Positions 39,207 to 49,575 of a DNA stretch of 64,000 bases are shown here, in pieces. Source of the DNA: an uncultured bacterium (GTDB lineage: Bacteria; Patescibacteriota; JAHJAL01). The first letter of the stretch is position 1, and each line of letters opens with the position of its first letter. The translations under genes were made by a program, and so were the position numbers. The stretch spans positions 26,889 through 90,888 of the forward strand of contig CALKWM010000041.1 of assembly GCA_938004065.1 (NCBI GenBank). The letters are read 5' to 3'. The notes below the pieces were generated by a model that was not told the origin of the DNA, made no database searches, and worked only from the letters and a program-made list of their open reading frames with translations.

Positions 39207-40603
39207 AACTATTCAATACATTTACCAGGCAAAAAGAAGAATTTAAACCCCAAAAAGAAGGTCAAGTCAAAATGTACACCTGCGGACCTACCGTTTACAA
39301 CTATGTTCATCTGGGAAATTTGCGGGCATACACCTGGGTGGATATTTTGCGTAAATACTTCGAATTCAATGAATGGGACGTAAAACACGTCATGAATATT
39401 ACCGACGTCGATGACAAAACCATCCAAGCCAGTCAAAAAGAAAATCTGCCACTCACTGATTTAACCGAGAAATACACCTCAATCTTCATGCAAAATTTAA
39501 TGGACTTAAACATCACTCCACCTACCAAGATCGTCAAAGCTACCGACCACATCAAAGAAATGATTAAAATCATTCAAAAACTGGTTGATGAAAAATTTGC
39601 CTATATCGGCAAAGATGGATCAGTTTATTTTTCCATCGTCAAATTTCCCGAATACGGTAAATTATCAAAACTAGACAAGAGTGGTATCAAAATCGGTTTC
39701 CGAGTTGATCACCAAGAATACGACAAAGACCAAGCGGCTGATTTTGCCCTCTGGAAAGCCCACAGTGAATCCGATGGTGAAGTTTACTGGAATTCTCCAT
39801 GGGGCAAAGGCCGTCCCGGTTGGCACATCGAATGCTCAGCCATGAGTATGAAACATCTCGGCGATACAATTGATATTCACACCGGTGCGGTGGACAACAT
39901 CTTTCCCCACCATGAAAACGAAATTGCTCAATCCGAATGTTATACCGGCAAAAAATTCGTCCGATATTGGCTTCACAACGAACACATGCTGGTCAATGGC
40001 CAGAAAATGTCAAAAAGCAAAAATAACTTTTTTACTCTGGACTCGATCCGCGACAATAAATTAAATCCACGCGATCTACGATATTTGATAGTCAGCTCTC
40101 ATTATCGTTCCAAAATGAATTTTACCTGGGACAGTATCAATGCGGCACACAACGTCCTAAAAAATATCGATAAATTTATCAATCGTTTAGAAAAAGTCAA
40201 CAAAGAAAAACCCCAAATCCCGGCTAACAGCTACGAAAGTCTGTTTAATTCATCAACCACCCAATTTTTCGATGCTATCGAAGATGATCTAAATACCCCC
40301 AAAGCACTGGCAGTTATTCATAACCTGATTAAAAAAATCAATATTCTGCTCGATGAAGACAAAATAGGAAAAAGAGCAGCCAAAAAAACTCTCAAAATGT
40401 TGCATGATTTCGACCAGATATTTGGAATATTGTTTGTTGCTTCTGACAAAATCCCTTTAAAAATCAAAAAAATAGTAACCGACCGTGAAGAAGCACGCAA
40501 AATCAAAGATTTTAATACCGCCGATAAACTTCGCAAAGAGATAGAAAAAGCCGGCTACGAAATAGAAGACACTGAACTGGGAACCAATGTTACTAAAAAA
40601 TAA
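39197..40603 (+). CDS. cysS: Cysteinyl-tRNA synthetase
   Basis: MYTCGPTVYNYVHLGNLRAY (HIGH region), zinc-binding Cys/His residues and KMSKS. Confidence 0.92.
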   Translation: MALKLFNTFTRQKEEFKPQKEGQVKMYTCGPTVYNYVHLGNLRAYTWVDILRKYFEFNEWDVKHVMNITDVDDKTIQASQKENLPLTDLTEKYTSIFMQNLMDLNITPPTKIVKATDHIKEMIKIIQKLVDEKFAYIGKDGSVYFSIVKFPEYGKLSKLDKSGIKIGFRVDHQEYDKDQAADFALWKAHSESDGEVYWNSPWGKGRPGWHIECSAMSMKHLGDTIDIHTGAVDNIFPHHENEIAQSECYTGKKFVRYWLHNEHMLVNGQKMSKSKNNFFTLDSIRDNKLNPRDLRYLIVSSHYRSKMNFTWDSINAAHNVLKNIDKFINRLEKVNKEKPQIPANSYESLFNSSTTQFFDAIEDDLNTPKALAVIHNLIKKINILLDEDKIGKRAAKKTLKMLHDFDQIFGILFVASDKIPLKIKKIVTDREEARKIKDFNTADKLRKEIEKAGYEIEDTELGTNVTKK

Positions 40604-40721
40604 TCTTTTCTTGATTTTTATCGCACCTATTCATAAATAACTCAAAAAATAGTACACTTTCATGTGAACTATTTTTTTCATCCACCAACTCTTCCAATAC
40701 TCTTACTTTTTACTTATCCCG

Positions 40722-41714
40722 ATGAATTTCACCTGGCACCAAAAACATCCCATCATCTGCTCTGCACCCATGCATGGGATAACCAATAGTTCTCAACGGC
40801 AAATTTTTAAAAAATTCGGGGCCGACTTGCTCTTTACTGAAATGGTAAGTTCTATGGGTTTAAAGTATGAAAATAGAAAAACCCAATCCAAGATACATTT
40901 TACCTCCCGTGAAAAACCGATTATCGTCCAAATATTTGGCAATACGATCACCGAAACTATTCTTTCCGCCCAGTATGCGGAAAAAATGGGTGCCGACGGG
41001 ATCGATTTTAACTGCGGTTGCCCCGCCCGCAATATGATTGCTTCCGGAAATGGAGGAAAATTACTACTGGAACCGGATAAACTTATTGAAGTCCTCACCA
41101 GTATTAAAAAAAATATTCACATACCACTTTCACTTAAAACTCGAATTGGATATGACAAAATACTACCACCAAAATTCTATGATAAAATAGCCAAAAAAAC
41201 AGGTATTGATTGCTTAATAATTCATGGCCGTACCGTCAAACAAAAATACCGAGGAAAAAGTGATTGGAAACAAATCAAAAAAATTTCCCAAAAAATTTCA
41301 ATACCGGTTATTGGCAGCGGTGATATTATCAATGCCTACATCGCCCAGAATCGCATCAATAATTTTACACCGGCCGGCATCATGATCGGTCGCGGAGCAT
41401 TGGGCAACCCATGGATTTTTAACCAAACCAAAAAAGTATTATCCGGAATCAAAATACGACCACATATCAATCTCAAAAAAATTATTCAAACAATTTTATT
41501 TCACGCTCGACTCAATATCAAAGAATTTTTACACAATCCATATTACACTGCCAAATTCACTCGCGATGAAATCGAACACCACGCGATTTGCAATATGAGA
41601 AAACATTTTGGTTGGTATTTTAAAGGTTTCGTAGGCGCCAAAACTATCAGAATGGATTTGTTTACAATATCCACCTACGAAGAACTGGAAAAATATCTAA
41701 ATAAACTAACTTAA
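40722..41714 (+). CDS. dus: tRNA-dihydrouridine synthase
   Basis: ICSAPMHGITNS … LLFTEMVS … GADGIDFNCGCPA … IHGRT are Dus-family TIM-barrel motifs. Confidence 0.85.
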   Translation: MNFTWHQKHPIICSAPMHGITNSSQRQIFKKFGADLLFTEMVSSMGLKYENRKTQSKIHFTSREKPIIVQIFGNTITETILSAQYAEKMGADGIDFNCGCPARNMIASGNGGKLLLEPDKLIEVLTSIKKNIHIPLSLKTRIGYDKILPPKFYDKIAKKTGIDCLIIHGRTVKQKYRGKSDWKQIKKISQKISIPVIGSGDIINAYIAQNRINNFTPAGIMIGRGALGNPWIFNQTKKVLSGIKIRPHINLKKIIQTILFHARLNIKEFLHNPYYTAKFTRDEIEHHAICNMRKHFGWYFKGFVGAKTIRMDLFTISTYEELEKYLNKLT

Positions 41715-41771
41715 TCCCATTTTCTCATTTTTTAGTATTGCATTATTTACCGATGTCAATTTTTAAAATCT

Positions 41772-42719
41772 ATGCAAAAAAAATTTACATCTACATCTGC
41801 CGGGCGCCTTGATAAAATTATCAATTCACATATTGACGATCTTTCTCGCAACTACATTTCCAAATTGATAAAAGACAATCACATAACAGTTAACAACATA
41901 CTAACCAATAAACCATCTACCAACGTCAAAGTAGGGGACATCATCCAATTTACTATTCCCCCGGCCATTTCTCAAGATATTGTCCCCAAAAATGATCACC
42001 TGGATATAGTTTTCGAAGACAAACATATGTTTGTCATTAACAAACCACCTCATTTACCTGTACATCCCAGCTATGGTCATTTTGATGATACTCTGGTCAA
42101 TATTCTCATGTATCACTATCCCAAATTTAAAACCTTCGCTCCTATCAACGGAATTCATCGTCCCGGCATAATTCATCGTTTGGATCAAGATACATCGGGA
42201 TTAATTGTCATTGCCAAAACTGTACAAGCAATGCAAAAACTAGCAAATGATTTAAAAAACAAAAAATGGACCAAAAAATACTTCGCCCTATGCCTCAATA
42301 ATACAAATAAAACTAACGGCACAATTACAAAAAATATCATCCGCAATCCCAGAGATCGAAAAAAATTTATCGCCACATCTTTTGACCGAGGAAAAACCGC
42401 CATTACACATTACCAATCTTTAGAAAACTACACATATCAAAAAAACACTATCAGTTTAATGGATATATCGATTGAAACCGGCCGCACTCATCAAATCAGG
42501 GTACATTTAAATTCTGAAAAAATGCCAATCTTGGGCGATAAACAGTATTTTACCAAAGAATCACAAAAATTTTCCAAAACATTACAAATCGATCGTCAAC
42601 TACTACATTCCTACTATTTAAAACTAATTCATCCTGATAACGGCAAGATAATTGAATTTTCAACCCCTAAACCACTGGATTTCAAACAAGCTATCAACAA
42701 CTTAAAAAAACCAATTTGA
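41772..42719 (+). CDS. rluD: RluA-family 23S rRNA pseudouridine synthase (RluD-like, N-terminal S4 domain)
   Basis: S4-like N-terminus (RLDKIINSHIDDLSRNYISKLIKDNHITVNN). HRLDQDTSGLIVIAKT is the catalytic motif. TGRTHQIRVHL. Confidence 0.85.
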   Translation: MQKKFTSTSAGRLDKIINSHIDDLSRNYISKLIKDNHITVNNILTNKPSTNVKVGDIIQFTIPPAISQDIVPKNDHLDIVFEDKHMFVINKPPHLPVHPSYGHFDDTLVNILMYHYPKFKTFAPINGIHRPGIIHRLDQDTSGLIVIAKTVQAMQKLANDLKNKKWTKKYFALCLNNTNKTNGTITKNIIRNPRDRKKFIATSFDRGKTAITHYQSLENYTYQKNTISLMDISIETGRTHQIRVHLNSEKMPILGDKQYFTKESQKFSKTLQIDRQLLHSYYLKLIHPDNGKIIEFSTPKPLDFKQAINNLKKPI

Positions 42720-42798
42720 TACAATAGATTTATAAAAACTATTTCACAATATCTCATATCATCTCATATATTCATCCAATTAATTAATTACTAAAAAA

Positions 42799-43869
42799 AT
42801 GTATATCGTTATCATGGCCGGCGGGCAAGGCACCAGACTTTGGCCTATGAGTCGGCAAAATCGGCCCAAACAACTGTTTGATCTGGTATCCAATCAAACA
42901 CTTCTAAAAGACACGATCGATCGCTTAGTGCCACAATACCCAATTGACCAAATCTATATTGCCACCAACCATAATTATGTCTCGGAAATCAGAAAACAAA
43001 TTCCCGATTTCCCGGCTGAAAATATTTTTTCCGAACCCGAGCTTAGGGACACTTCCGCTTGCATCGGATTGGCAACCGCCAAAATCTGCAAAAAAGATCC
43101 TGATGCAGTTATCGCTATCTTGCCCTCAGATCATTACATAGAAAAAGAAACCAAATTTCTCAAAATTCTTGCTTGCGCCGACAAACTGTGTCAACGTGAA
43201 AATCAAATCGTTATTCTCGGTATTCAACCAACCAGACCAGCCACCGAATTGGGCTATATTCATATCAAGTCCGGTACCAAAAGTATCAACGGTTGCAAAG
43301 TATTTCGAGTCAAAAATTTCGTTGAAAAACCTGATATCGCCACCGCCAAAAAATACGTCAAAAGTTGGCGATATTTCTGGAATGCCGGTATGTTTATCTA
43401 TCCGGCCCAAGTCATGCTGGAATCTTTCAAAAAACACATGCCTCAAAACTATCTCATCACCGAAAAAATACTTGCCGCCATCGACACCCCACAAGAAAAA
43501 AAAGTAATTGATAACGAATACAAAAAATATGAAAAACTATCGATCGATTACGGCATCATGGAAAAATCCGATGATCTGTTGATGATTCCAGCCGATATCG
43601 GCTGGAATGATATCGGTACCTGGGGCGCTCTCAAAGACGTTTTGGCAATTGATGAAACCGCCAATGTTACCAAAGGCAACCTAATCACCATCGACACTAC
43701 CGGATCACTGATCTACGGCTCCCAAAAACCGATTGCCACCATCGGCATCGACAATCTGGTAATAGTCGATACTGACGATATTCTTATGATTTGTCCCAAA
43801 GACAAAACCGCCGATATGAAAAAACTGGTTCAACATCTCAAAGATACGCGCCAAGATAAATTGTTATAA
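42799..43869 (+). CDS. manC: Mannose-1-phosphate guanylyltransferase (GDP-mannose pyrophosphorylase)
   Basis: IVIMAGGQGTRLWPMSR … PKQL, ILPSDHYI, ELGYI and the nucleotidyltransferase fold. Confidence 0.8.
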   Translation: MYIVIMAGGQGTRLWPMSRQNRPKQLFDLVSNQTLLKDTIDRLVPQYPIDQIYIATNHNYVSEIRKQIPDFPAENIFSEPELRDTSACIGLATAKICKKDPDAVIAILPSDHYIEKETKFLKILACADKLCQRENQIVILGIQPTRPATELGYIHIKSGTKSINGCKVFRVKNFVEKPDIATAKKYVKSWRYFWNAGMFIYPAQVMLESFKKHMPQNYLITEKILAAIDTPQEKKVIDNEYKKYEKLSIDYGIMEKSDDLLMIPADIGWNDIGTWGALKDVLAIDETANVTKGNLITIDTTGSLIYGSQKPIATIGIDNLVIVDTDDILMICPKDKTADMKKLVQHLKDTRQDKLL

Positions 43870-43918
43870 GAAGACCAAGCAACTATTGTTTTTAGTTATA
43901 GATTTTACTACAATAACA

Positions 43919-43957
43919 AATAGCAATGCTTTTCATTGCTATTTTCTTAAATTTTTT
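43919..43957 (+). terminator. Rho-independent terminator candidate after manC
   Basis: Perfect 10-bp stem aatagcaatg / cattgctatt, 5-nt loop, T-rich tail. Confidence 0.5.
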
Positions 43958-43991
43958 AGTCTAATTTTTTTATCCTTTAATTACACCTGCC

Positions 43992-45293
43992 GTGCAAAGA
44001 AACACTTTTTTATTAACAATTCTTATTATTATCATCACCATTTTTGCCGGTTTGATAACATGGCCGAAAGGACCCGACCTTAACATTCCTCAACTCAACA
44101 TTTCTCAAGAACTGAAAATCCATGAAGGGCTAGACTTGAAAGGTGGAACACAATTGACCTATCAAGCCGATATTTCAGAAATTCCCTTGGCCGAACAAGC
44201 CAATGCTATTCAAGGAGTAATAAACATCATCGATTTTCGAATCAACCAGTTAGGTGTCGCCGAACCGCTCATCCAATCATCCGGCGAGGACAAAATTCTA
44301 GTCGAATTACCCGGAGTCAATGACATCAATCAAGCGATAAATCTAATCGGTAAAACAGCTCAATTAAAATTTTTAAGTGAACCAACCGAACCACATCCCG
44401 ATCTAAACGAATTGGACATGGGATGGTGGACACCGACAAATTTAACCGGTGCCAATTTAAAAAAAGCTGACATTGAAATCGATCCTCAAACCAGTAAACC
44501 GATTGTAACCCTGGAATTCGACGACCAAGGCAAACAACTTTTTGCCGAACTTACCAAAAACAATATCCAAAAAAGAATCGCTATATTCCTGGACAACATT
44601 TTAATTTCCGCTCCCACCGTCCAAACCGAAATTTCAGACGGTAACGCTATCATCGAAGGAAATTTTACCATCGAACAAGCCAAAGATCTAAAAATTCAAC
44701 TTAATTCCGGTGCTTTGCCTGTACCGGTAAAACTAATCAGTCAATCAAATGTTGGCGCTACTCTTGGCAATGAAACCATGAAAATGAGTGCCATCGCCGG
44801 CATTATCGGCTTTTTGTTGGTAGTAATTTTCTTGCTGATCAACTACCGTATGCCCGGCCTTATAGCATCCGTTGCGCTAGTAATCTATATTTTAATCTCC
44901 ATTAGTATCTTTAAACTGATTCCGATTACTATCACCCTCGCCGGTGCTGCCGCTTTTATCCTTTCTATCGGCATGGCAGTCGATGCCAACATCTTGATAT
45001 TTGAAAGAACCAAGGAAGAACTTCGTACCGGAAAAACTCTTCGTTCTGCCATAGAGGCCGGCTTTAACCGTGCCTGGCCATCAATCCGAGATGCCAATAT
45101 CTCAACACTGATCACCACCTCGATTTTGTGGTATTTGGGAACCGGCACCATACGCGGATTTGCATTAACTCTGGCTATTGGTGTTTTAGTCAGTATGTTT
45201 TCAGCTATCACTACCACTCGCACTCTTCTGAGACTTTTCTACGGCGCAAACGACGATCCCCAAGTTTTTGGTATCAAACCTCTAAACAAATAA
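43992..45293 (+). CDS. secD: Protein translocase subunit SecD (GTG start)
   Basis: LDLKGGTQLTYQAD, LGVAEPLIQSSGEDKILVELPGV, and a C-terminal 6-TM bundle. Confidence 0.9.
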   Translation: MQRNTFLLTILIIIITIFAGLITWPKGPDLNIPQLNISQELKIHEGLDLKGGTQLTYQADISEIPLAEQANAIQGVINIIDFRINQLGVAEPLIQSSGEDKILVELPGVNDINQAINLIGKTAQLKFLSEPTEPHPDLNELDMGWWTPTNLTGANLKKADIEIDPQTSKPIVTLEFDDQGKQLFAELTKNNIQKRIAIFLDNILISAPTVQTEISDGNAIIEGNFTIEQAKDLKIQLNSGALPVPVKLISQSNVGATLGNETMKMSAIAGIIGFLLVVIFLLINYRMPGLIASVALVIYILISISIFKLIPITITLAGAAAFILSIGMAVDANILIFERTKEELRTGKTLRSAIEAGFNRAWPSIRDANISTLITTSILWYLGTGTIRGFALTLAIGVLVSMFSAITTTRTLLRLFYGANDDPQVFGIKPLNK

Positions 45294-45331
45294 CATTTTA
45301 TTTAAACTTAATACTTTTTTAACTAGTTACT

Positions 45332-46447
45332 ATGTACAATATCATCGGCAAAAGAAATCTTTGGTATATCATATCCGCAATTATCATTATTCCCGGATTA
45401 ATCTCTCTCTTAACCAATGGTTTAAAACTGGGAATCGACTTTCGTGGCGGTACTCTTTTGGAACTTCAATTTAACGACCAGAAAAAAATTGATACTGAAC
45501 AAGTAAGAGAAAGTTTGTCCGGACTGGACTTGGGCAATCTTTCACTGCAATCTTCCGGTGCCAATTCAATCATTATCCGCACCGATACTTTAACCGTTGA
45601 CAACACCGAATTTGAAAAACCAGCCAACTCTACTATCAACGAAACAGACAACAGTTCCACCGCAACACAAGAATCTGACACCACCAATACCAATTCTCAA
45701 GCCGGTATATTTTTTCAAATTGCTCACGCCCAAGAATCAACACCCGCAACAACTCTGGAAAATGACAGCACCGTTCAACCTGAGTCCATCGACAATCACA
45801 TAGTGCTTGGTGGAACGGAAAAATACAACGAAATTATAGATAAACTCCAAGCGGACTTTGGCAACATCACCGAATTGCGATCTGAGTCAGTTGGCCCGAC
45901 CATATCCAGTGAATTAACTACCAATACTATCTGGTCAGTATTTTTAGCGTCACTATTTATCATTTTGTATCTCGCGTGGGCATTTCGAAATGTACCCGCT
46001 CCGGCCAGCTCCTGGCGATTTGGCATCTGTGCCATCGCCGCTCTGCTACACGACGTATTATTTGTACTTGGCGTTTACTCCATTCTTGGCGCTTTTTACA
46101 ATGTTGAATTGGATATCCTCTTCCTACCTGCTATCCTAACTATTATGAGTTTCTCGGTACACGACAGCATCGTAGTCTTTGATCGTGTCCGTGAAAATCT
46201 ACGCAAATACACCAAAGAATCTTTTGAAGAGGTTGTAAATATCTCTGTCAATGAAACTTTGGTTCGATCACTCAATCTATCTTTGACAGTAGTTATTACA
46301 CTCCTTGCCTTATACCTTTTCGGCGCCAACTCTATAAAACCATTTTTGTTTACTCTAATAATTGGTTTGATCTCCGGTACCTACAGCTCTATCTTTAACG
46401 CTTCACCACTTCTTGTTACTTGGCATAACTGGACTAACAAGAAATAA
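45332..46447 (+). CDS. secF: Protein translocase subunit SecF, with a Thr/Ser/Asn-rich low-complexity insert in the periplasmic domain
   Basis: LGIDFRGGTLLELQF and a C-terminal TM bundle (LNLSLTVVITLLALYLFGANSIKPF). Confidence 0.88.
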   Translation: MYNIIGKRNLWYIISAIIIIPGLISLLTNGLKLGIDFRGGTLLELQFNDQKKIDTEQVRESLSGLDLGNLSLQSSGANSIIIRTDTLTVDNTEFEKPANSTINETDNSSTATQESDTTNTNSQAGIFFQIAHAQESTPATTLENDSTVQPESIDNHIVLGGTEKYNEIIDKLQADFGNITELRSESVGPTISSELTTNTIWSVFLASLFIILYLAWAFRNVPAPASSWRFGICAIAALLHDVLFVLGVYSILGAFYNVELDILFLPAILTIMSFSVHDSIVVFDRVRENLRKYTKESFEEVVNISVNETLVRSLNLSLTVVITLLALYLFGANSIKPFLFTLIIGLISGTYSSIFNASPLLVTWHNWTNKK

Positions 46448-46549
46448 TCTATTTAAATTTATAACCTTTCATAATCCCCGCCAACCAAAAACCCAAGAAT
46501 ATTTGTAAACACTTTCTTGTGGTCGGTAGCGGGGGTTTTCATTTAATAA

Positions 46550-47305
46550 ATGAATAATCATATCCCAAATATCCTCTTTGAAGACAACCACATCATCGTC
46601 GTTGACAAACCTTTCAATATCCTTACTCAAGGAGACAATACGGGTGATCAAAGCTTGTATTCACAGGTCAAACAATACATCAAAAACAAATATCACAAAC
46701 CTGGCAAAGTTTATCTGGGACTTATACATCGACTTGATCGACCGGTACGGGGAATAATTGTCTTTGCCAAAACCTCCAAAGCCGCATCCAGACTATCCGA
46801 ACAAATCAGAGTAGGGGACTTTACTAAAAAATATATCGCCATCAGTGAATCATCTCCGTATGGGCAACCCTTGCCTGCCCGCCGAATGGCTGAGCAGATA
46901 TCCAAATGGCAAACCATAACCCATTACTTGAAAAAAAATCCGCATACAAATACCACCAAAGTGTCAGATATTCCCAAAACTGACTACAAAAAATCTATCC
47001 TGAAATTTAGATTATTTCCAAAATCTGGTAATTCGTCATTAGTAATTAGCAATTCAAATATCATTCAACACTTTCTTTTGCCCAAAAACACTATTTTAAA
47101 AAATTCAAATATTATCGAGGTCAAACTCCTCACCGGCCGTTCTCATCAGATACGATCGCAGTTAAGCCACATAGGACTGCCGATTTTAGGCGATATCAAA
47201 TACGGTGCATCAAATCCACTCCCAAACAAAAATATCGCTCTCATCGCAAATTGCTTAAAATTGACTCATCCCACTACAAAAAAAGTATTAATATTCAAAT
47301 TATAA
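46550..47305 (+). CDS. RluA-family pseudouridine synthase (no S4 domain) with an unusually long region before the TGRxHQIR motif. That region includes a segment derived from the family-2 GC-rich repeat.
   Basis: GLIHRLDRPVRGIIVFAKT and LLTGRSHQIRSQLSHIGLPILGD. Nucleotides 46868-46898 (cccttgcctgcccgccgaatggctgagc) match the family-2 repeat core and encode …PLPARRMAE… in frame. Confidence 0.75.
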   Translation: MNNHIPNILFEDNHIIVVDKPFNILTQGDNTGDQSLYSQVKQYIKNKYHKPGKVYLGLIHRLDRPVRGIIVFAKTSKAASRLSEQIRVGDFTKKYIAISESSPYGQPLPARRMAEQISKWQTITHYLKKNPHTNTTKVSDIPKTDYKKSILKFRLFPKSGNSSLVISNSNIIQHFLLPKNTILKNSNIIEVKLLTGRSHQIRSQLSHIGLPILGDIKYGASNPLPNKNIALIANCLKLTHPTTKKVLIFKL

Positions 47306-47337
47306 AAAAACCCTTTCTTTTTTCAAAAGGGCACTTG

Positions 47338-48408
47338 CTAACCATAACTATCTTTTAAATCTAAAAACATTTTATCATCAGTCAAAGCTTTTAGATATTT
47401 TTTAAAATTATCATAAGTCTGCGATTCCAACTCTTTCCATGACAGAGGGCTAGCTTCCAATACCAGAAAAAATGGAATACTGATCCTATCATTTCGAATT
47501 GCCCAACCAACCATAGAAAATATTTTTCTAAAATCAATAATTCCATCATATACACTCGCATGGGCATTGTGACCATCTTTTGGTAAATTACTGATCTCAA
47601 TCATCCGAACCAATCGAGCAATTTTGGGATCAAGCACAAATCTCATCAACCATTTCTCCGCTTCAACATTTTCACAGCACTTATACATACTTCTTGCCCG
47701 ATGAAAATGACCGGCATCAAATGATATCCAAAATTTTCTACCATTGCCTATATTCAAATCCTGGATCAATTTAACAAAATCCATTGGTGTATGCAATTCC
47801 GGATAATACTCAACCAATACATTTATTTCCTCCGGAAGGCAGTCTATCATATCCAGATTTTCTACTAAACCTCGAGAATCCCATCTAATCCATTTTGAAC
47901 TTTTAATGCAAGTCGTATATTTCAGTAATTTTTTTATTTTACACTTCAGATCATCCTTGTTTCTAACACTAAAAAATCTCCACGCGATCATTTGTAAAAA
48001 CATTCTTTTGAAATATCTCGCCCACAAATCTAATTTCATACCTTGTGGCTTATCCCGATTAACCATTTCCAAATCATACTTGAATCTCTCGACATTCCAG
48101 TTAATATCGGGGATATCACCGCAATAATGGTCAAATGTTTTTGAACGGATGTTCTTTACTGTTTTTTCAATGTTAACTACCATTCCTCCCAACACACTCA
48201 AACCCACATGCCCAAAACCGACTTTTCTAAGTAATTTGCAGACTTTGGTATCAAATTTTTTATCCCCAATCGATGATACCAAAAGATATATATTGTCTTT
48301 AAAATACTTTTCCAATTTGCATTCACCTCTTTTTTTTAATATTTCGAAAACACAATCATTATAATATTTATCGCCATCAAATACAACAAAAGACCTGTTT
48401 TTTTTCAC
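47338..48408 (-). CDS. Hypothetical protein, probably an AP-endonuclease-family-2 / xylose-isomerase-like TIM barrel
   Basis: C-terminal half: FDAGHFH … EISNLPKDGHNAHASVYDGIIDFRKIF … FFLVLEA fits the PF01261 pattern (metal-ligand H/D/E, G.G.IDF). Confidence 0.35.
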   Translation of the reverse strand: MKKNRSFVVFDGDKYYNDCVFEILKKRGECKLEKYFKDNIYLLVSSIGDKKFDTKVCKLLRKVGFGHVGLSVLGGMVVNIEKTVKNIRSKTFDHYCGDIPDINWNVERFKYDLEMVNRDKPQGMKLDLWARYFKRMFLQMIAWRFFSVRNKDDLKCKIKKLLKYTTCIKSSKWIRWDSRGLVENLDMIDCLPEEINVLVEYYPELHTPMDFVKLIQDLNIGNGRKFWISFDAGHFHRARSMYKCCENVEAEKWLMRFVLDPKIARLVRMIEISNLPKDGHNAHASVYDGIIDFRKIFSMVGWAIRNDRISIPFFLVLEASPLSWKELESQTYDNFKKYLKALTDDKMFLDLKDSYG

Positions 48409-48435
48409 AGGTCTTTCTAATACATCTTCTTGCTT

Positions 48436-49446
48436 TTAATATTTTTCTTCTCGATTCACCTCCTCACATACTTTATTCATTTCCCGAACGTCATCGAAAA
48501 ATTTGTCACCCAGATTATCTCTATCCGCTGGGTTGATTTCGATGACGATCTCTTCCAAAGTATCAGGAAAATACTCTAATACTTTTTTCAGATACTTTGG
48601 ATAATCGATAACATTTTGATCCGGATGGCAATGCATTTTTATCACTTCATCCATTGCCTCCTCGGATCGATCGACAGATTTAGAATCAAATGCCTTCTGA
48701 TTGAGAATCTGCACCGGATTGTAATCCAGAGAAAACACATTATGCCTGAAACCCGGCACCACGGGTCTTCTGATATTTTCCAAGACATTATAAATGTCAC
48801 CCCACAATCCCATCGCTTCTCCCTGAAGTAAATGAGCCGGATCAAGAGCAATTCCTATATTCTCTCGCTTTAAAAACCTTTTATAATCCAATATATCATG
48901 AAGATAGGAAAAAAAATCTTTACAAGAAAAACTATCAATTTCAAATCCAATCTTCATTTTTGATGAAATGTTTAACAATTCAATTATTTTCTCCTCATCT
49001 TTGACAAATGTTTTTCCAATTCCGGATCTTATATATGTTATTTCTGTATTATTTATCAAATAACTCATGTTTCTCATGAGCTCTTTAATATTTGGATAAT
49101 TTATCAGTCTCCAACCGATATGTGCCTTCATGCGGGAGATAAAAGAGGAAATAGCTTGTTTCCGAAGAAATTCATTTATCATCCTCCGGTCAAAGAAATT
49201 GACTATATCCGGAATATCAATATCATTGACCATTATTTTTTCTTCCTCAAGCATTCCTAAAAATTTTTTAGAATCAATTATCCTCATCGGATGAAAACTT
49301 AAACCAACACAATCGATACCGCATCTTTCCTCGATTTCCTGTGCCAGTCTATTAAAATTCGACAACAATACTTTTGGGTCAAACATCCTCCATAATGTTT
49401 TTATATCAGTATGAATACAAGATCCCATAGAAATTGACCATTTCAT
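48436..49446 (-). CDS. Hypothetical protein, a possible distant paralog of the preceding TIM-barrel protein
   Basis: IGIALDPAHLL … MHCHPDQNVIDYPKYLKKVLEYF … EIVIEINP matches weakly to the same sugar-phosphate isomerase / AP-endonuclease-2 pattern. Confidence 0.3.
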   Translation of the reverse strand: MKWSISMGSCIHTDIKTLWRMFDPKVLLSNFNRLAQEIEERCGIDCVGLSFHPMRIIDSKKFLGMLEEEKIMVNDIDIPDIVNFFDRRMINEFLRKQAISSFISRMKAHIGWRLINYPNIKELMRNMSYLINNTEITYIRSGIGKTFVKDEEKIIELLNISSKMKIGFEIDSFSCKDFFSYLHDILDYKRFLKRENIGIALDPAHLLQGEAMGLWGDIYNVLENIRRPVVPGFRHNVFSLDYNPVQILNQKAFDSKSVDRSEEAMDEVIKMHCHPDQNVIDYPKYLKKVLEYFPDTLEEIVIEINPADRDNLGDKFFDDVREMNKVCEEVNREEKY

Positions 49447-49575
49447 TATCCATCACAATCCTTTCTTTTTTAATTTGCATCCTATCAGCAATACCCCAAG
49501 ACTATATTACTTTATTAACCAGATGTCAATATTTATATCCCATATATTCAAATCCACTCTTCAAAAAAGAGTGGA

